Source: Acaryochloridaceae cyanobacterium VAR_48_metabat_390 (GTDB lineage: Bacteria; Cyanobacteriota; Cyanobacteriia; Thermosynechococcales; Thermosynechococcaceae). From it: a stretch of 64,000 nucleotides of DNA. Positions within the stretch are counted from its first letter, which is position 1. Every line of letters begins with the position of its first letter. Both the position numbers and the translations under genes were made by a program. Below are positions 41,271-51,041 of this stretch, in pieces. The notes below the pieces were generated by a model that had not been told where the DNA came from, searched no databases, and saw only the letters and a program-made list of their open reading frames with translations. The stretch is taken from the NCBI GenBank assembly GCA_031422435.1, contig JANPLU010000020.1:1-64000 (forward strand), in the 5' to 3' direction.

Positions 41271-43525
41271 TACGGCTGCTCCTCTTCGTCCGAAGGGATA
41301 GGAATGGTGAAGTAGAACGTACTTCCTTTCCCCACGACGCTCTCAACCCAGATTTGCCCCCCGTGCTGCTGGACGATCATTCGGCAAATTGACAACCCTA
41401 AGCCCGTTCCGCCTTCATTGCGCGAGTCAGTAACATCCACCTGCTGAAACCGCCCAAAAATAGTTTCGAGCTTATTTGCCGGAATCCCCCTGCCCTGGTC
41501 TTGGACTTGAAACACCACTTGTTGGGCTTGGACTGGCTGGGTTTGGACTGAGGCCGTCAGCGTTACGGTGCTGCAAGGGGGCGAAAACTTAATGGCGTTA
41601 CTCAATAAATTGACGAGGGTTTGAATAATGCGATCTGGGGCTGCCCAGAGTTGAAATGAGAGAGGTAAACAGGAAAGGGTGATCTGATTTTCGTCAGCGA
41701 GGGGCTGCAATACTTCTATGGCCTGCTGCATTAGGGTGCTTGCACAACACCACTGCTTGTCTAAAATAACCTTGTGAGATTCAAGCCGCTCTAAATCGAG
41801 AATATCGCTGACGAGGCGCACCAGTCGCTCTGTCTCGATCGCCGCAATTTCTAGCATACGTTTGGCTGTATCGGGTTCATCTTTGAGTACATCCGAGGCA
41901 AGTAACCCCAGGGAACCACGGATGGAGGCCAACGGGGTTCGCAGTTCGTGGCTCACAATCGAAATAAACTCATTTTTCATCTGCTCAATCGCACGACTTT
42001 CGGTAATATCTTCAACCGTACCGACGTACCCCAGCAGTTCATGGGTCGTCGATAAAATGGGCGCAGCTTTCACTTGGCAAAGCCGGATGGTGCCATCTTT
42101 ATGGATATGGCGCAGTTCTACAGAGCTTTCTTTTTGGGTTGCCATTATGACAGAGCGCTGGGGCAAAATTTTTTGAAGGTCTTCAGGGTGAATGAATGCC
42201 TGCCATCCATCTCCCAATGTCTCTTCAAAGGTCGCGCCCGTAATTTCTTGACAGCGGGGGTTAGTGTAAGTACATTTACCCGCAGCGTCGTTTCTAAAAA
42301 TGCCGACTGGGGAGGATTCGCTGAGGGAGCGAAAGAGCGCTTCGCTTTGTCTGAGCAATTCCTGAGCTTGTCTACGGTCTTGTAGCTCTTGCTGAAGCTG
42401 CTGGTATAGCTCTGCCTGCTGAAGGGCGATCGCCATCTGATCCCCAATATGCTGGAGCAGTTCTGCCTCGTCTTGCTGCCACTGCCGATGGTAGGCGCAG
42501 GAATGCACAATCAAGAGTCCCCAGACAAAGGTTGAGCCATTTTTTCGATGCTGAATAATGGGCGCAACCATCTTCGACTTAACGTGAATTGACTGCATAA
42601 ATTCGGTAAGACAAGCCGTCCATTCGTCTACTGCCACATCTTGTACAATTCGTGGGTTTCCCTGACAGTAGTAGTCGTAGCACGCTAGAGAGAAGAATTC
42701 ATCGGGGAAGTGGATATCTGTAGTGGCCGGATAGTGTGGCAAGACAGATTCTTGAACCACCGCTCCTGTGCCGTCGGCGGTGAGCTGAAAAATTAAGGCT
42801 CGATCTGCCTGGAGCAGTTGGCGAACCTCATACACGGCAGTGGGCAAAATAGCACTGAGGTCTAAAGACTGACGAACCTTTTGCGTAATGCCTCGCAATA
42901 GCCGCTCACGGGCAACTTGACGCTGTAGCGCCTCTTTTGCGTGTTGACGATACATTAGCTCTTTTTGCAGGTTGCGATTGACCTGGGTTAATTCGGCAGT
43001 GCGAGATTGAACCCTAGACTCTAATTCTTGATTGAGCTGCTGTAGATCTGCTTCTGCCTGTTTGCGGTCGCTAATATCTTTCATAAAGCAATGATGCCCA
43101 GTCAACTGCTTTTGATCGTTATAGGCAGAAACCATGAACAACTGCTTATAAAAAATAGAGCCGTCTTTACGCACGCCTCGCGCCTCTACCTCAACCTTGC
43201 CACTGCTGATCATGACTCGATAAGCCGCTGTCAATTTTGGTAAATCTTCAGGATGAACAGTTGTACGCCAGTCCATCCCTATCATTTCGTTCGGCTGATA
43301 TCCCGCCATCTGGGCATAGGCTTCGTTAACAGAAATGTATCGCCCTTGAGCATCTAGACGTGAGATTCCCTCCACTGCATTACTCAAGGCATCACTCAGT
43401 TCTCGCCGATTTTTTTCGGTGCGCCTGCGCTCCGCTAGCTCAATCTGCGCCACGTTCTTAAGCCAAGCCACTTCAGATCGCAGAGACTCGAGTTCTAGTT
43501 TGAGCTGCTGTTCTTTTTGGCTCAT
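41270..43525 (-). CDS. Soluble PAS-GAF-PAS histidine kinase; GAF is cyanobacteriochrome-like
   Basis: Two PAS domains (VHPEDL, IHPEDL), GAF (LLQADRALIF...ACLTEF...WGLLIVHSC..RQW), HELRTPL, GTGLGL. Confidence 0.9.
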   Translation of the reverse strand: MSQKEQQLKLELESLRSEVAWLKNVAQIELAERRRTEKNRRELSDALSNAVEGISRLDAQGRYISVNEAYAQMAGYQPNEMIGMDWRTTVHPEDLPKLTAAYRVMISSGKVEVEARGVRKDGSIFYKQLFMVSAYNDQKQLTGHHCFMKDISDRKQAEADLQQLNQELESRVQSRTAELTQVNRNLQKELMYRQHAKEALQRQVARERLLRGITQKVRQSLDLSAILPTAVYEVRQLLQADRALIFQLTADGTGAVVQESVLPHYPATTDIHFPDEFFSLACYDYYCQGNPRIVQDVAVDEWTACLTEFMQSIHVKSKMVAPIIQHRKNGSTFVWGLLIVHSCAYHRQWQQDEAELLQHIGDQMAIALQQAELYQQLQQELQDRRQAQELLRQSEALFRSLSESSPVGIFRNDAAGKCTYTNPRCQEITGATFEETLGDGWQAFIHPEDLQKILPQRSVIMATQKESSVELRHIHKDGTIRLCQVKAAPILSTTHELLGYVGTVEDITESRAIEQMKNEFISIVSHELRTPLASIRGSLGLLASDVLKDEPDTAKRMLEIAAIETERLVRLVSDILDLERLESHKVILDKQWCCASTLMQQAIEVLQPLADENQITLSCLPLSFQLWAAPDRIIQTLVNLLSNAIKFSPPCSTVTLTASVQTQPVQAQQVVFQVQDQGRGIPANKLETIFGRFQQVDVTDSRNEGGTGLGLSICRMIVQQHGGQIWVESVVGKGSTFYFTIPIPSDEEEQP

Positions 43526-43542
43526 TGTTTTGTTTTAAGCGC

Positions 43543-44418
43543 TCAATAGGCTACAGAGACAGCGTAATCTTTGGGTTGAATCGTTGCGTCTGATGATGAG
43601 GGTTGATACACCTGCGGTTGAGACTGATAGTCTTGGAATTTTTGACCGTTTCTCTGCTGCGTTACAACCTGTTTGAGTGCTGCTACCCAATCACAAAGCT
43701 GCTGCGCTTCACGCTGATCGAGTAAGGTATTAGCTCGCAATAGCTGCTCAATATTCCGCGCCAGTTCGGAGCCTTCTGGCAACCCAAAAGTCCCTAGATT
43801 TCCGGCTAACCGATGGGCTTCTAACGTGGCAGTTTGAAGCAGCTCAGAGTCTAAGGTCATTGCGCCAGCCGCATAGGGCGCAGCGGACTCTGGGTGCGAA
43901 GCGATCGCCTGTATACAAATCTGGTCAAACAGTGCAAACGTTTTGCTGAAGGTTGCCTTGAGCTTTTGCCAGACCTTTTCAATGGCAGCCTCAACCTCTG
44001 CTTGCGCCTGCTGCTGAGAAGAAGAATGATGAATTTCTGCACTTTGTTCTAAGACTTTGGCGGGTTCTGAGTTGAGACGATAGCCTAGTCCATAGACCGT
44101 TTCTAAACAATCGGCGGTCATGCCAGCAGCCTTCAGTTTTTGGCGTAACCCCTTAATTTGGGTAGTAACAGCCTGCTCCCCTGGAACCTCATCAGCCTTC
44201 CAGACATTCTCTAGTAGGGCACTTCGGTTAAAAATTCTGCGCGGGTTTTTTAAAAACAGCGCTAGCAAACCATATTCTTTGGGTGTGAGGTGTATGGGTG
44301 CTTTATCGTAAATCACCTCGCAGGTATCAAGATCAATCTTTAGCTTTTCCCAAGTCAGTACCGTCTGGAGGGCTGACAGTCTACGGCGCTCATTTTCTTC
44401 AACGAATAGGATTTTCAT
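43543..44418 (-). CDS. RcaC-like regulator with winged-helix DNA-binding domain and Hpt domain; receiver domain deleted
   Basis: MKILFVEENE fused to RRRLSALQTVLTW; LTPKEYGLL...LRQKLK...ETVYGLGYRL wHTH; EAHRLAGNLGTFG Hpt. Confidence 0.8.
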   Translation of the reverse strand: MKILFVEENERRRLSALQTVLTWEKLKIDLDTCEVIYDKAPIHLTPKEYGLLALFLKNPRRIFNRSALLENVWKADEVPGEQAVTTQIKGLRQKLKAAGMTADCLETVYGLGYRLNSEPAKVLEQSAEIHHSSSQQQAQAEVEAAIEKVWQKLKATFSKTFALFDQICIQAIASHPESAAPYAAGAMTLDSELLQTATLEAHRLAGNLGTFGLPEGSELARNIEQLLRANTLLDQREAQQLCDWVAALKQVVTQQRNGQKFQDYQSQPQVYQPSSSDATIQPKDYAVSVAY

Positions 44419-44671
44419 GCTAGATAATCCCTAAGATACACAGAGCTTTATATCAAACAATGATGCTTGTCTGGCTGAGCTAAAGTACTTACCTTCAACT
44501 ATAGGCCAGACCTCTAAAATGCAGATTTATAGTTGATATTTCTATATTTATGCTTCCCCCCACGACCTTTAAATGTGCGGACATAGTAAGCACTCTCTCG
44601 CCGAGGCAAGGGCACTCGCCGATTTAAAGGCATTGGTGCCACAATATTAGGGATAGCACGATGGCAAAAGC

Positions 44672-45460
44672 ATGAATCTGACGTGGTTTGATAGCAACTC
44701 TTGGCTCATTGAAATGGCTGGGGCGCGGGTATTGCTCGATCCTTGGCTTGTGGGCGATTTGATGTTTGGCAATACGCCTTGGTTTTTTAAGGCGACCCAC
44801 CGTCAACCGATTGCAATCCCTGACAACATCAGTTTTGTGCTTCTGTCTCAGGGTCTACCCGATCATGCCCATGTCGAAACGTTACGGCAGCTTGATCGAT
44901 TAATTCCTGTGGTCGGTTCGCCCAATGCGGCAAAGGTTGCTCAATCTTTAGGGTTTGAGTCTGTTACGGCATTAGCGCATACCGAAACCTTTACATGGAA
45001 TCAGGTTCTTGAAGTTCAGGCTTTTCCTGGTTCACTGGTGGGACCCAATTTGGTTGAAAATGCCTACCTCCTTACCGATCTTCAGACTACAACTAAGCTT
45101 TACTACGAACCTCACGGCAATCATTCGCCAACCCTTAAAGCCGCTGCTCCAGTCGATGTGGTCATTGCGCCGCTGGTGAATCTCAAACTGCCGCTCGTGG
45201 GCACTTTTATTCAGGGGGGCGATCGCGCGCTAGAGCTGATGCAGTGGCTTCAGCCCCAAGTGGTGTTGCCTACGACCGTTGAGGGCGATATTGAATATGA
45301 AGGGTTCTTAAACAAGCTGATTGCGGCAGAAGGGACGCTGGAGGACTTTGGCGATCGCCTCCATCAGATCCTTCCGACTGCTCAAGTGCTAGCGCCAAAA
45401 CCCAACCAGCGTATCAGTATCCCTCTAAGCGCCAAGCCTTCAGTTCTTTCAACGACTTAA
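44672..45460 (+). CDS. MBL-fold metallo-hydrolase
   Basis: DSNSWLIE...LLDPWLVG, LSQGLPDHAH, YYEPHG. Confidence 0.87.
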   Translation: MNLTWFDSNSWLIEMAGARVLLDPWLVGDLMFGNTPWFFKATHRQPIAIPDNISFVLLSQGLPDHAHVETLRQLDRLIPVVGSPNAAKVAQSLGFESVTALAHTETFTWNQVLEVQAFPGSLVGPNLVENAYLLTDLQTTTKLYYEPHGNHSPTLKAAAPVDVVIAPLVNLKLPLVGTFIQGGDRALELMQWLQPQVVLPTTVEGDIEYEGFLNKLIAAEGTLEDFGDRLHQILPTAQVLAPKPNQRISIPLSAKPSVLSTT

Positions 45461-45565
45461 ATTAGGTACGGCAGTCCTGTAAAATCTCCACAGAGAGGAG
45501 CGATTGCAGCCTAGAGCCATTTTGTGGCTTGAGGGTGATCGCAGAATTAGCAAGGACTGAAAACT

Positions 45566-46609
45566 GTGAACCTGGGCAAGTGGATTGGTCTAGTGGCACT
45601 TGGTGTATCGCTGTTTATTTTGTGGCAAATTCGACAGGTGATCCTGCTGGTCTTTGGGGCAGTAGTGTTGGCTTCTGCCATGAATGCACTTATTCGCCTG
45701 TTGACTGCCCGTATCAAAATAAAGCGCGGCTTAGCAATCCCCCTGGTGATCGGGCTGCTGTTGGGCATTTCTACGGTATTTGGGCTGCTCGTGATTCCGC
45801 CTTTTGTGGCACAGTCTCAGGAATTAGCAGCCCTTGTTCCTCAAAGCGTTGATCGGCTGGTATCGCTGTTTCATTGGGTCGAGAAACAGGTGCCGGGACA
45901 GACTTTAATTAATGGCAACCTGCTAGAAGATTTTAAGAAGCAGGCTACACCGTTAATGGGGTCGGTGCTAACTAATTTCTTTGCAATTTTTTCAAATTCT
46001 TTGGCGGCTGTGCTTAACATCCTGCTGGTGCTGATTCTAAGCATTATGTTTTTGCTAGAGTCTGATAAATATCGAGGGCTATTAATACGAATATTTCCTT
46101 CGTTTTATCGCCGCCGCGTGGATGAAGTTTTAAAGCTGTGTGAAACGGCTTTAGATAGCTGGATGGCGGGGACGTTGTTCAATATGTTTGTGATTGGACT
46201 GAGCAGCTTTATTGCGCTGCTGGTGCTTCAGGTGAGGCTACCGCTTGCCAACGCGCTGATTGCGGGTGTACTAGAAGCTATTCCTACCATCGGCCCTGCG
46301 TTTAGTGTGCTGCCGCCAATGGCGGTTGCCCTTTTAGACGCGCCTTGGAAGGCTGGAGCAGTTTTGGCGCTGTACTTTTTAATTCAGCAGCTAGAACAAT
46401 ATCTATTAGTGCCGACCGTGATGGCAAAACAGGTGTCTTTGCTGCCTGCGGTGACGCTACTCTCTCAAATTATTTTTGCGATCTTCTTTGGATTTTTAGG
46501 GCTATTGCTGGCTTTGCCCCTTGTTATTGTGGGTCAAATTTGGATTAAGGAAGTCTTAGTCAAAGACGTATTAGACCAATGGAATGAACCTTCTCAAAGG
46601 ATCAGCTAA
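45566..46609 (+). CDS. AI-2E family transporter
   Basis: Multiple TM helices, IPTIGP, IQQLEQYLLVP.VM, FGFLGLLLALPL. Confidence 0.9.
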   Translation: MNLGKWIGLVALGVSLFILWQIRQVILLVFGAVVLASAMNALIRLLTARIKIKRGLAIPLVIGLLLGISTVFGLLVIPPFVAQSQELAALVPQSVDRLVSLFHWVEKQVPGQTLINGNLLEDFKKQATPLMGSVLTNFFAIFSNSLAAVLNILLVLILSIMFLLESDKYRGLLIRIFPSFYRRRVDEVLKLCETALDSWMAGTLFNMFVIGLSSFIALLVLQVRLPLANALIAGVLEAIPTIGPAFSVLPPMAVALLDAPWKAGAVLALYFLIQQLEQYLLVPTVMAKQVSLLPAVTLLSQIIFAIFFGFLGLLLALPLVIVGQIWIKEVLVKDVLDQWNEPSQRIS

Positions 46610-46639
46610 GAAATGAGAATACAATAATATTCAGGTTTT

Positions 46640-46705
46640 GTTGGGGCAGGTTTTGCCGATAAACCTAGGATTTTCCAGCGCGGTATCAGCTAAACCCGTC
46701 CTTAC
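46640..46705. repeat. REP-like imperfect inverted repeat, related to 60260..60325
   Basis: GTTGGGGCAGGTTT ... AAACCCGTCCTTAC between convergent genes. Confidence 0.45.
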
Positions 46706-46713
46706 GGACTTCG

Positions 46714-47165
46714 TTAATCGGGTAGCCATTGCTCATCGAGCGTATCTTTGAGAAGAAATGGGCATTCGTGGGAGAAAATATCTAAGCCTGTCTCAGTCTT
46801 GGCCACAACGACCGACTTGCAATAGCAGCTTTCTAGGGAAGTTGGCAAATATTGCTTGAGGCTAGGATTGTCTTTGAGAAACTGAGCAATTTCAAGGTGT
46901 GAGTACCGAATAGAGCCAGCCCAATTGCCCTTTGGGGTTCCCTCTGCGGTGTATTGCCGTTCGCTAGTTTGATATTTCCACTTCAAGAGATGAGTCAGCA
47001 GCACCGTTAGGTATGAGGCGATCGCACTGCGCTGAGATTTGCCCAATGACTCAATCTCCTCAATTAAGTTGTCAAGGTCAAGCTCAGAAAATTTCTTCTC
47101 TTTTAGAAGTTCAATGGTTTGATCTAACTACTGAGAAAATCTGACTCATAAAGGGTAGACAGCAT
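46714..47165 (-). pseudogene. DUF29 family pseudogene
   Basis: MLSTLYESDF, then a 1-nt frameshift and a TAG where Trp is expected, then LDQTIELLKEKKFSELDLDNLIEEIESLGKSQ...HLLKWKYQ. Confidence 0.82.
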
Positions 47166-47200
47166 GTGCATCATTCTTGAAACCTATTATCAAGGTTTTT

Positions 47201-47656
47201 CTACATTGATTCAGGTGAAATATCTTGCCAGTTCTTAGCTATGGTAAATCGGCTAATATGTTTGACATTGGTGGTAGCAATCACAGTGCTGTGGCCTTGT
47301 TCAGAAATAGTCAGTGCCGTGGCTGCCAGAATAACATCCGCATCTAGGGCTGTATGGCCTGCTGTGGGTTGTCCCTGGTTGCGTACGTTTGCCCACAATT
47401 GAGCAGCTTTCAGCATAATTTGAGTTGTAATCGGTGCATAGCCAGTGATGGCTTGCAGCATATCAAGACGGTTAATGCCCTGCACCTTACCAGAGCGGAT
47501 CAATTCGCGTCTCACTTCATAATCTGAAATTTCGGGAATAATGATTGAGGAATTAGAGCGAATTAGATCATCAAGCCAGGCTTTAATCTGTGGATTCTTT
47601 CGAGGATGAGTGATCATTCCTAGAGGACCAGCATCCAGCAATATCAGTCTACTCAT
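47201..47656 (-). CDS. PIN-domain (VapC-like) toxin
   Basis: MSRLILLDAGPLG, PEISDYEVRREL, DADVILAA, ATTNVKH. Confidence 0.87.
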   Translation of the reverse strand: MSRLILLDAGPLGMITHPRKNPQIKAWLDDLIRSNSSIIIPEISDYEVRRELIRSGKVQGINRLDMLQAITGYAPITTQIMLKAAQLWANVRNQGQPTAGHTALDADVILAATALTISEQGHSTVIATTNVKHISRFTIAKNWQDISPESM

Positions 47657-47855
47657 TGAATAATTGTCTAGCTTCAACCGCATCTCGTTCTCGGTTGAGC
47701 GCTTCTTTTAATTCAGGCCATGCAGCCTCATCGTATCCAGACTCATCGTGCATCCATTCGTTAAGCATTGCGATCGCCCTATCCTTTTGCTCTGCCGTAA
47801 GCGGCTTTAGCAAAGATTTCTGATGATTGCTTGGTTTAATGGGTGTGGTTGTCAT
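47649..47855 (-). CDS. Putative antitoxin overlapping the PIN toxin start
   Basis: 68 aa, acidic C-terminus (LNEWMHDESGYDEAAWPELKEALNRER); 8-nt overlap with the toxin gene. Confidence 0.78.
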   Translation of the reverse strand: MTTTPIKPSNHQKSLLKPLTAEQKDRAIAMLNEWMHDESGYDEAAWPELKEALNRERDAVEARQLFNE

Positions 47856-48104
47856 ACTGCGCTATGTGTACCTTGTATTTCCATACAACACTTATCTTAG
47901 CTATTTTCTCAGCGCTCAATACGTTAAGCCATAGAGTAATGGAGCGGTGATCAAAAACTCTGGCGAAGGAAAAATATATTCATACATCTTGATGTTATTT
48001 CAGCGAAGCGTTAAGGGAACAATACTTACAAACACACCCAGTTACTGACATACAAGCAGAATACTGTCAGAAAGTGTTTATTTCAGAGCCATAAGGAGCA
48101 TATA

Positions 48105-50009
48105 GTGCAAAATCATCCAAAAACAAGCTTTTGGGGCAATGTTCTTGATAATGTACAGGGCGCTGCCAATACAGCAGGAACATTTCTTGACCAGGTAAAA
48201 GGGAATTAGCAGTTTAAGGATCTAGCGAAACAACTTCAGGTCGAGCCTTTCCTATTTGCACTGGAAAAAGTGGATATACAGAGCGCTCAAAAACATGTTC
48301 AGAAAATTATGAGGAAGCATCCTGACTGGAATGCAGAAAAGGTTGCCGACCAGCTCATTCAAGAGAAAGCCATTCTTCTAGGCACTCAAGGGCTGGTATC
48401 TAGTCTTGTGCCAGGATTTGCGGCTGGATTGATGGCGATCGATTTGGCTTCTTCTATGGCTATGCAAGCAGAACTTGTGTACCAGATTGCCTATGCCCAC
48501 GAAATGGATCTCAATGATCAGGCTCGAAAGGCTGAGGCCTTAACCATTTTTGGTCTTGCACTGGGTAGCGGTATGGCGCTCAAGTTTGGCGTAGGTTTTG
48601 CGGCTCGAAATATTCCGGTAGCAGGTGCATTGGTAGGTGCTGGTGGCAATGCCGTCATGACCTATGCGGTTGGTTTTGCTGCCTATAAGTATTACAACGC
48701 GATCGTATCAGGGAAAACTCAGGAACAAGCCCTTGAAGAAAGCCAGCAGGCAACGGAGCTGGTTCTTGAAGAAGCTTCCGTCCAAGAAAGCGCTCTAGAT
48801 GGCATCTTGGCACACATGATTCTGGCGGGTCAGCCAGAATTGAGCATTGAGGATATTGAACGAAACTTAGCTCAGTTACCTGTTGAAGAGGCTTCGCGCA
48901 CCAGCATTTCCAAGCATTTGAAATCGTTACGAGACTTCGATACGTTGCTGACGGAGCTACAACCAGAGTATGGTCTAGTTGCCTTAGCTCAGGCTGAACG
49001 TCTTGCGCGTTCGGATGCCCAAGTTAACCCTCAAGAACAAAAACTGCTGACTCAACTAGAGCAACGATTTCAGGAACAGGCTGAAATGCTAGATACTATG
49101 CTGCCTAGTAACTATATTTTGACCGATGAATTTAAGCAAACCATTCGAGGCGCACAATTTAGCCACGATGGTTCATATTTGTGTGCATGTAGTGATGATC
49201 GCAGCCTAAGAATCTGGAAAACCTATGACCAGTGCAAATCATTTCAATTGATCCATAACCTACAAGGCGTTCATAATGACGAAATTAAAGCACTCAGCAT
49301 TAGCCTAAACGATGAACTCTTGGCTACAGCATCTAAAGACCGAGTACTTACTTTCTGGGATTACCGAAACGGCCAAAAGGTTAGGCAAGTTGAGAGTGGA
49401 CACCAAACAGGAATTTATTCGCTTGCCTTTGGGCAGGATCAAATTCTAGCCAGTGGCAGCGAAGATGGTGAGATTAAACTGTGGAGCGTCAAGAGTGGAG
49501 CAGTGCGACGTTCGCTACTTGGGCATAAAAAGGGCGTATGGTGTCTTGACTTCAATTCTGCCGGAAATGTCTTAGCAAGTGGCTCAAACGACAACACAAT
49601 TCGACTATGGAATCCATCTAATGGGGAAACTATACGGGAACTTAAAGGACACCAACATGGAGTGTATGCTTTAGCCTTCAGTACTGACGGACAAACTTTA
49701 GCTACAGGAAGCTGGGATCAAACCATAATTCTCTGGGATGTCGAAACTGGAGAAAAGCGTACTACCCTAAAGGGTCACAAGGCTGCTGTTTGGCAATTGG
49801 CTTTTACACCCGATCAAAAGTTTTTAGTGAGTGCATCAGATGACAATTCCATCGTTATTTGGGATCTTGCTACGGATAACGTTCGGATTCGTCTTGATGG
49901 TCATCGTAATGGGGTATATGCTCTTGCAGTCTCGCCCATCAGCTCTGCGATCGCTAGTGGCAGTTGGGACAGATCGTTACGAATCTGGAATGTTGACCTG
50001 AGCGAATAG
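48105..50009 (+). CDS. EcsC-like / TerB-like / WD40-repeat protein, with an in-frame TAG at 48207 in the probable N-terminus
   Basis: AAGGAG RBS and GTG at 48105 in frame with ORF 48270..50009; QAELVYQIAYAH...IPVAGALVGAGGN; about 7 GH...WD repeats. Confidence 0.8.
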
Positions 50010-50169
50010 CGCTTAATTAAAGTGAATGTGGACAAAAAGACTTTAATCTTCACATCTTGCAATCCAAAACCTAAATTTCTAGGTGCATTCTTAGTGTATT
50101 AGGGTTTCCAAGACTCATAAAACTTATTTACACCCAAACTTAGATTATTAAAGCTCTGTTACATTGACA

Positions 50170-50607
50170 CTATGGTAAAAATTCCGGCGTAAGAATGTCT
50201 ATTAGCGCATAGAGGCATTCAGTTGGAAATGTGTCTAGGGGTAGCCCTGTTTCAATAGATGCTAGTTCTCGCGCATCACCATAACATTCGCTCAATATTT
50301 CTTCTGGGTAAGATTGGAGGCTAGGGGACTTTTTAACCTGGCGTTTGATCCGCTGTCGATGTTCAACCATTGAAGCTCTCCAACTGTTGGTCTGCTTATG
50401 GGGCTGAAATTGCCACTTCAGCAGGTGCAGTACGATAACTTTGAGGTTGCTATAAAGGGCATCTCGCTCCCGTCTACTCAAGTCTTCAACCTCTTCAATT
50501 AGGTGTTCTAGATCTATTTCTGAAACACGACCGTCTTTGAGCATCTGAGCGGTTTTTTCTGCCCATTGTGCAAAATCTGTGTCATAAAGCGTAGTTGTGT
50601 AGGTCAT
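50170..50607 (-). CDS. DUF29 family protein
   Basis: LYDTDFAQW, DLEHLIEEVEDL, HLLKWQFQP, SPSL, ETGLP..TFP.EC. Confidence 0.92.
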   Translation of the reverse strand: MTYTTTLYDTDFAQWAEKTAQMLKDGRVSEIDLEHLIEEVEDLSRRERDALYSNLKVIVLHLLKWQFQPHKQTNSWRASMVEHRQRIKRQVKKSPSLQSYPEEILSECYGDARELASIETGLPLDTFPTECLYALIDILTPEFLP

Positions 50608-50909
50608 GCCTCATCATCCCTTATTCGTTTTCGCTAGCTCAACGCTTTAGCCTGTTTCAGCTTCATATTTCCGCACCTAGTCGTCATGCTGCGATTCAGC
50701 GGCTGCGATCACTTTTCTCCCATCATGACCTAATGCTGAAGAGCGCCGTTGCCAAGATTGCCACTAAACTCCAAAACCAAGCTTCTTGACCATTGTTGCC
50801 CTGCTCAAGGGAATCAACCCACTTGTTTACAGATTTAGATAAATCTGCAATGCACTGATCGGTTCATTACAGATAGAACCTTAACTTGCATTTTGGTTCT
50901 GATTAATAA

Positions 50910-50991
50910 TGCGGACAAAAGGACTTGAACCTTCACTTCGTGAGAAACTAGAACCTAAATCTAGCGCGTCTACCAATTCCGCCATGTCCGA
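50910..50991 (-). tRNA. trnL: tRNA-Leu (anticodon UAG), CCA not encoded
   Basis: Minus strand TCGGACATGGCGGAATTGGTAGACGCG CTAGA-TTTAGGT-TCTAG, variable arm, GAAGG-TTCAAGT-CCTTT, TGTCCGCA. Confidence 0.92.
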
Positions 50992-51041
50992 AGGAATTTC
51001 ACGATTTCTATCATAGCACCTTGTTAGCAGAAATTAAGTTT

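Noticed and set aside
50595..50880. 64-aa plus-strand ORF and a QEAWFWS fragment on the minus strand
   Set aside because: Interrupted frames and too little similarity to support a gene or pseudogene call.
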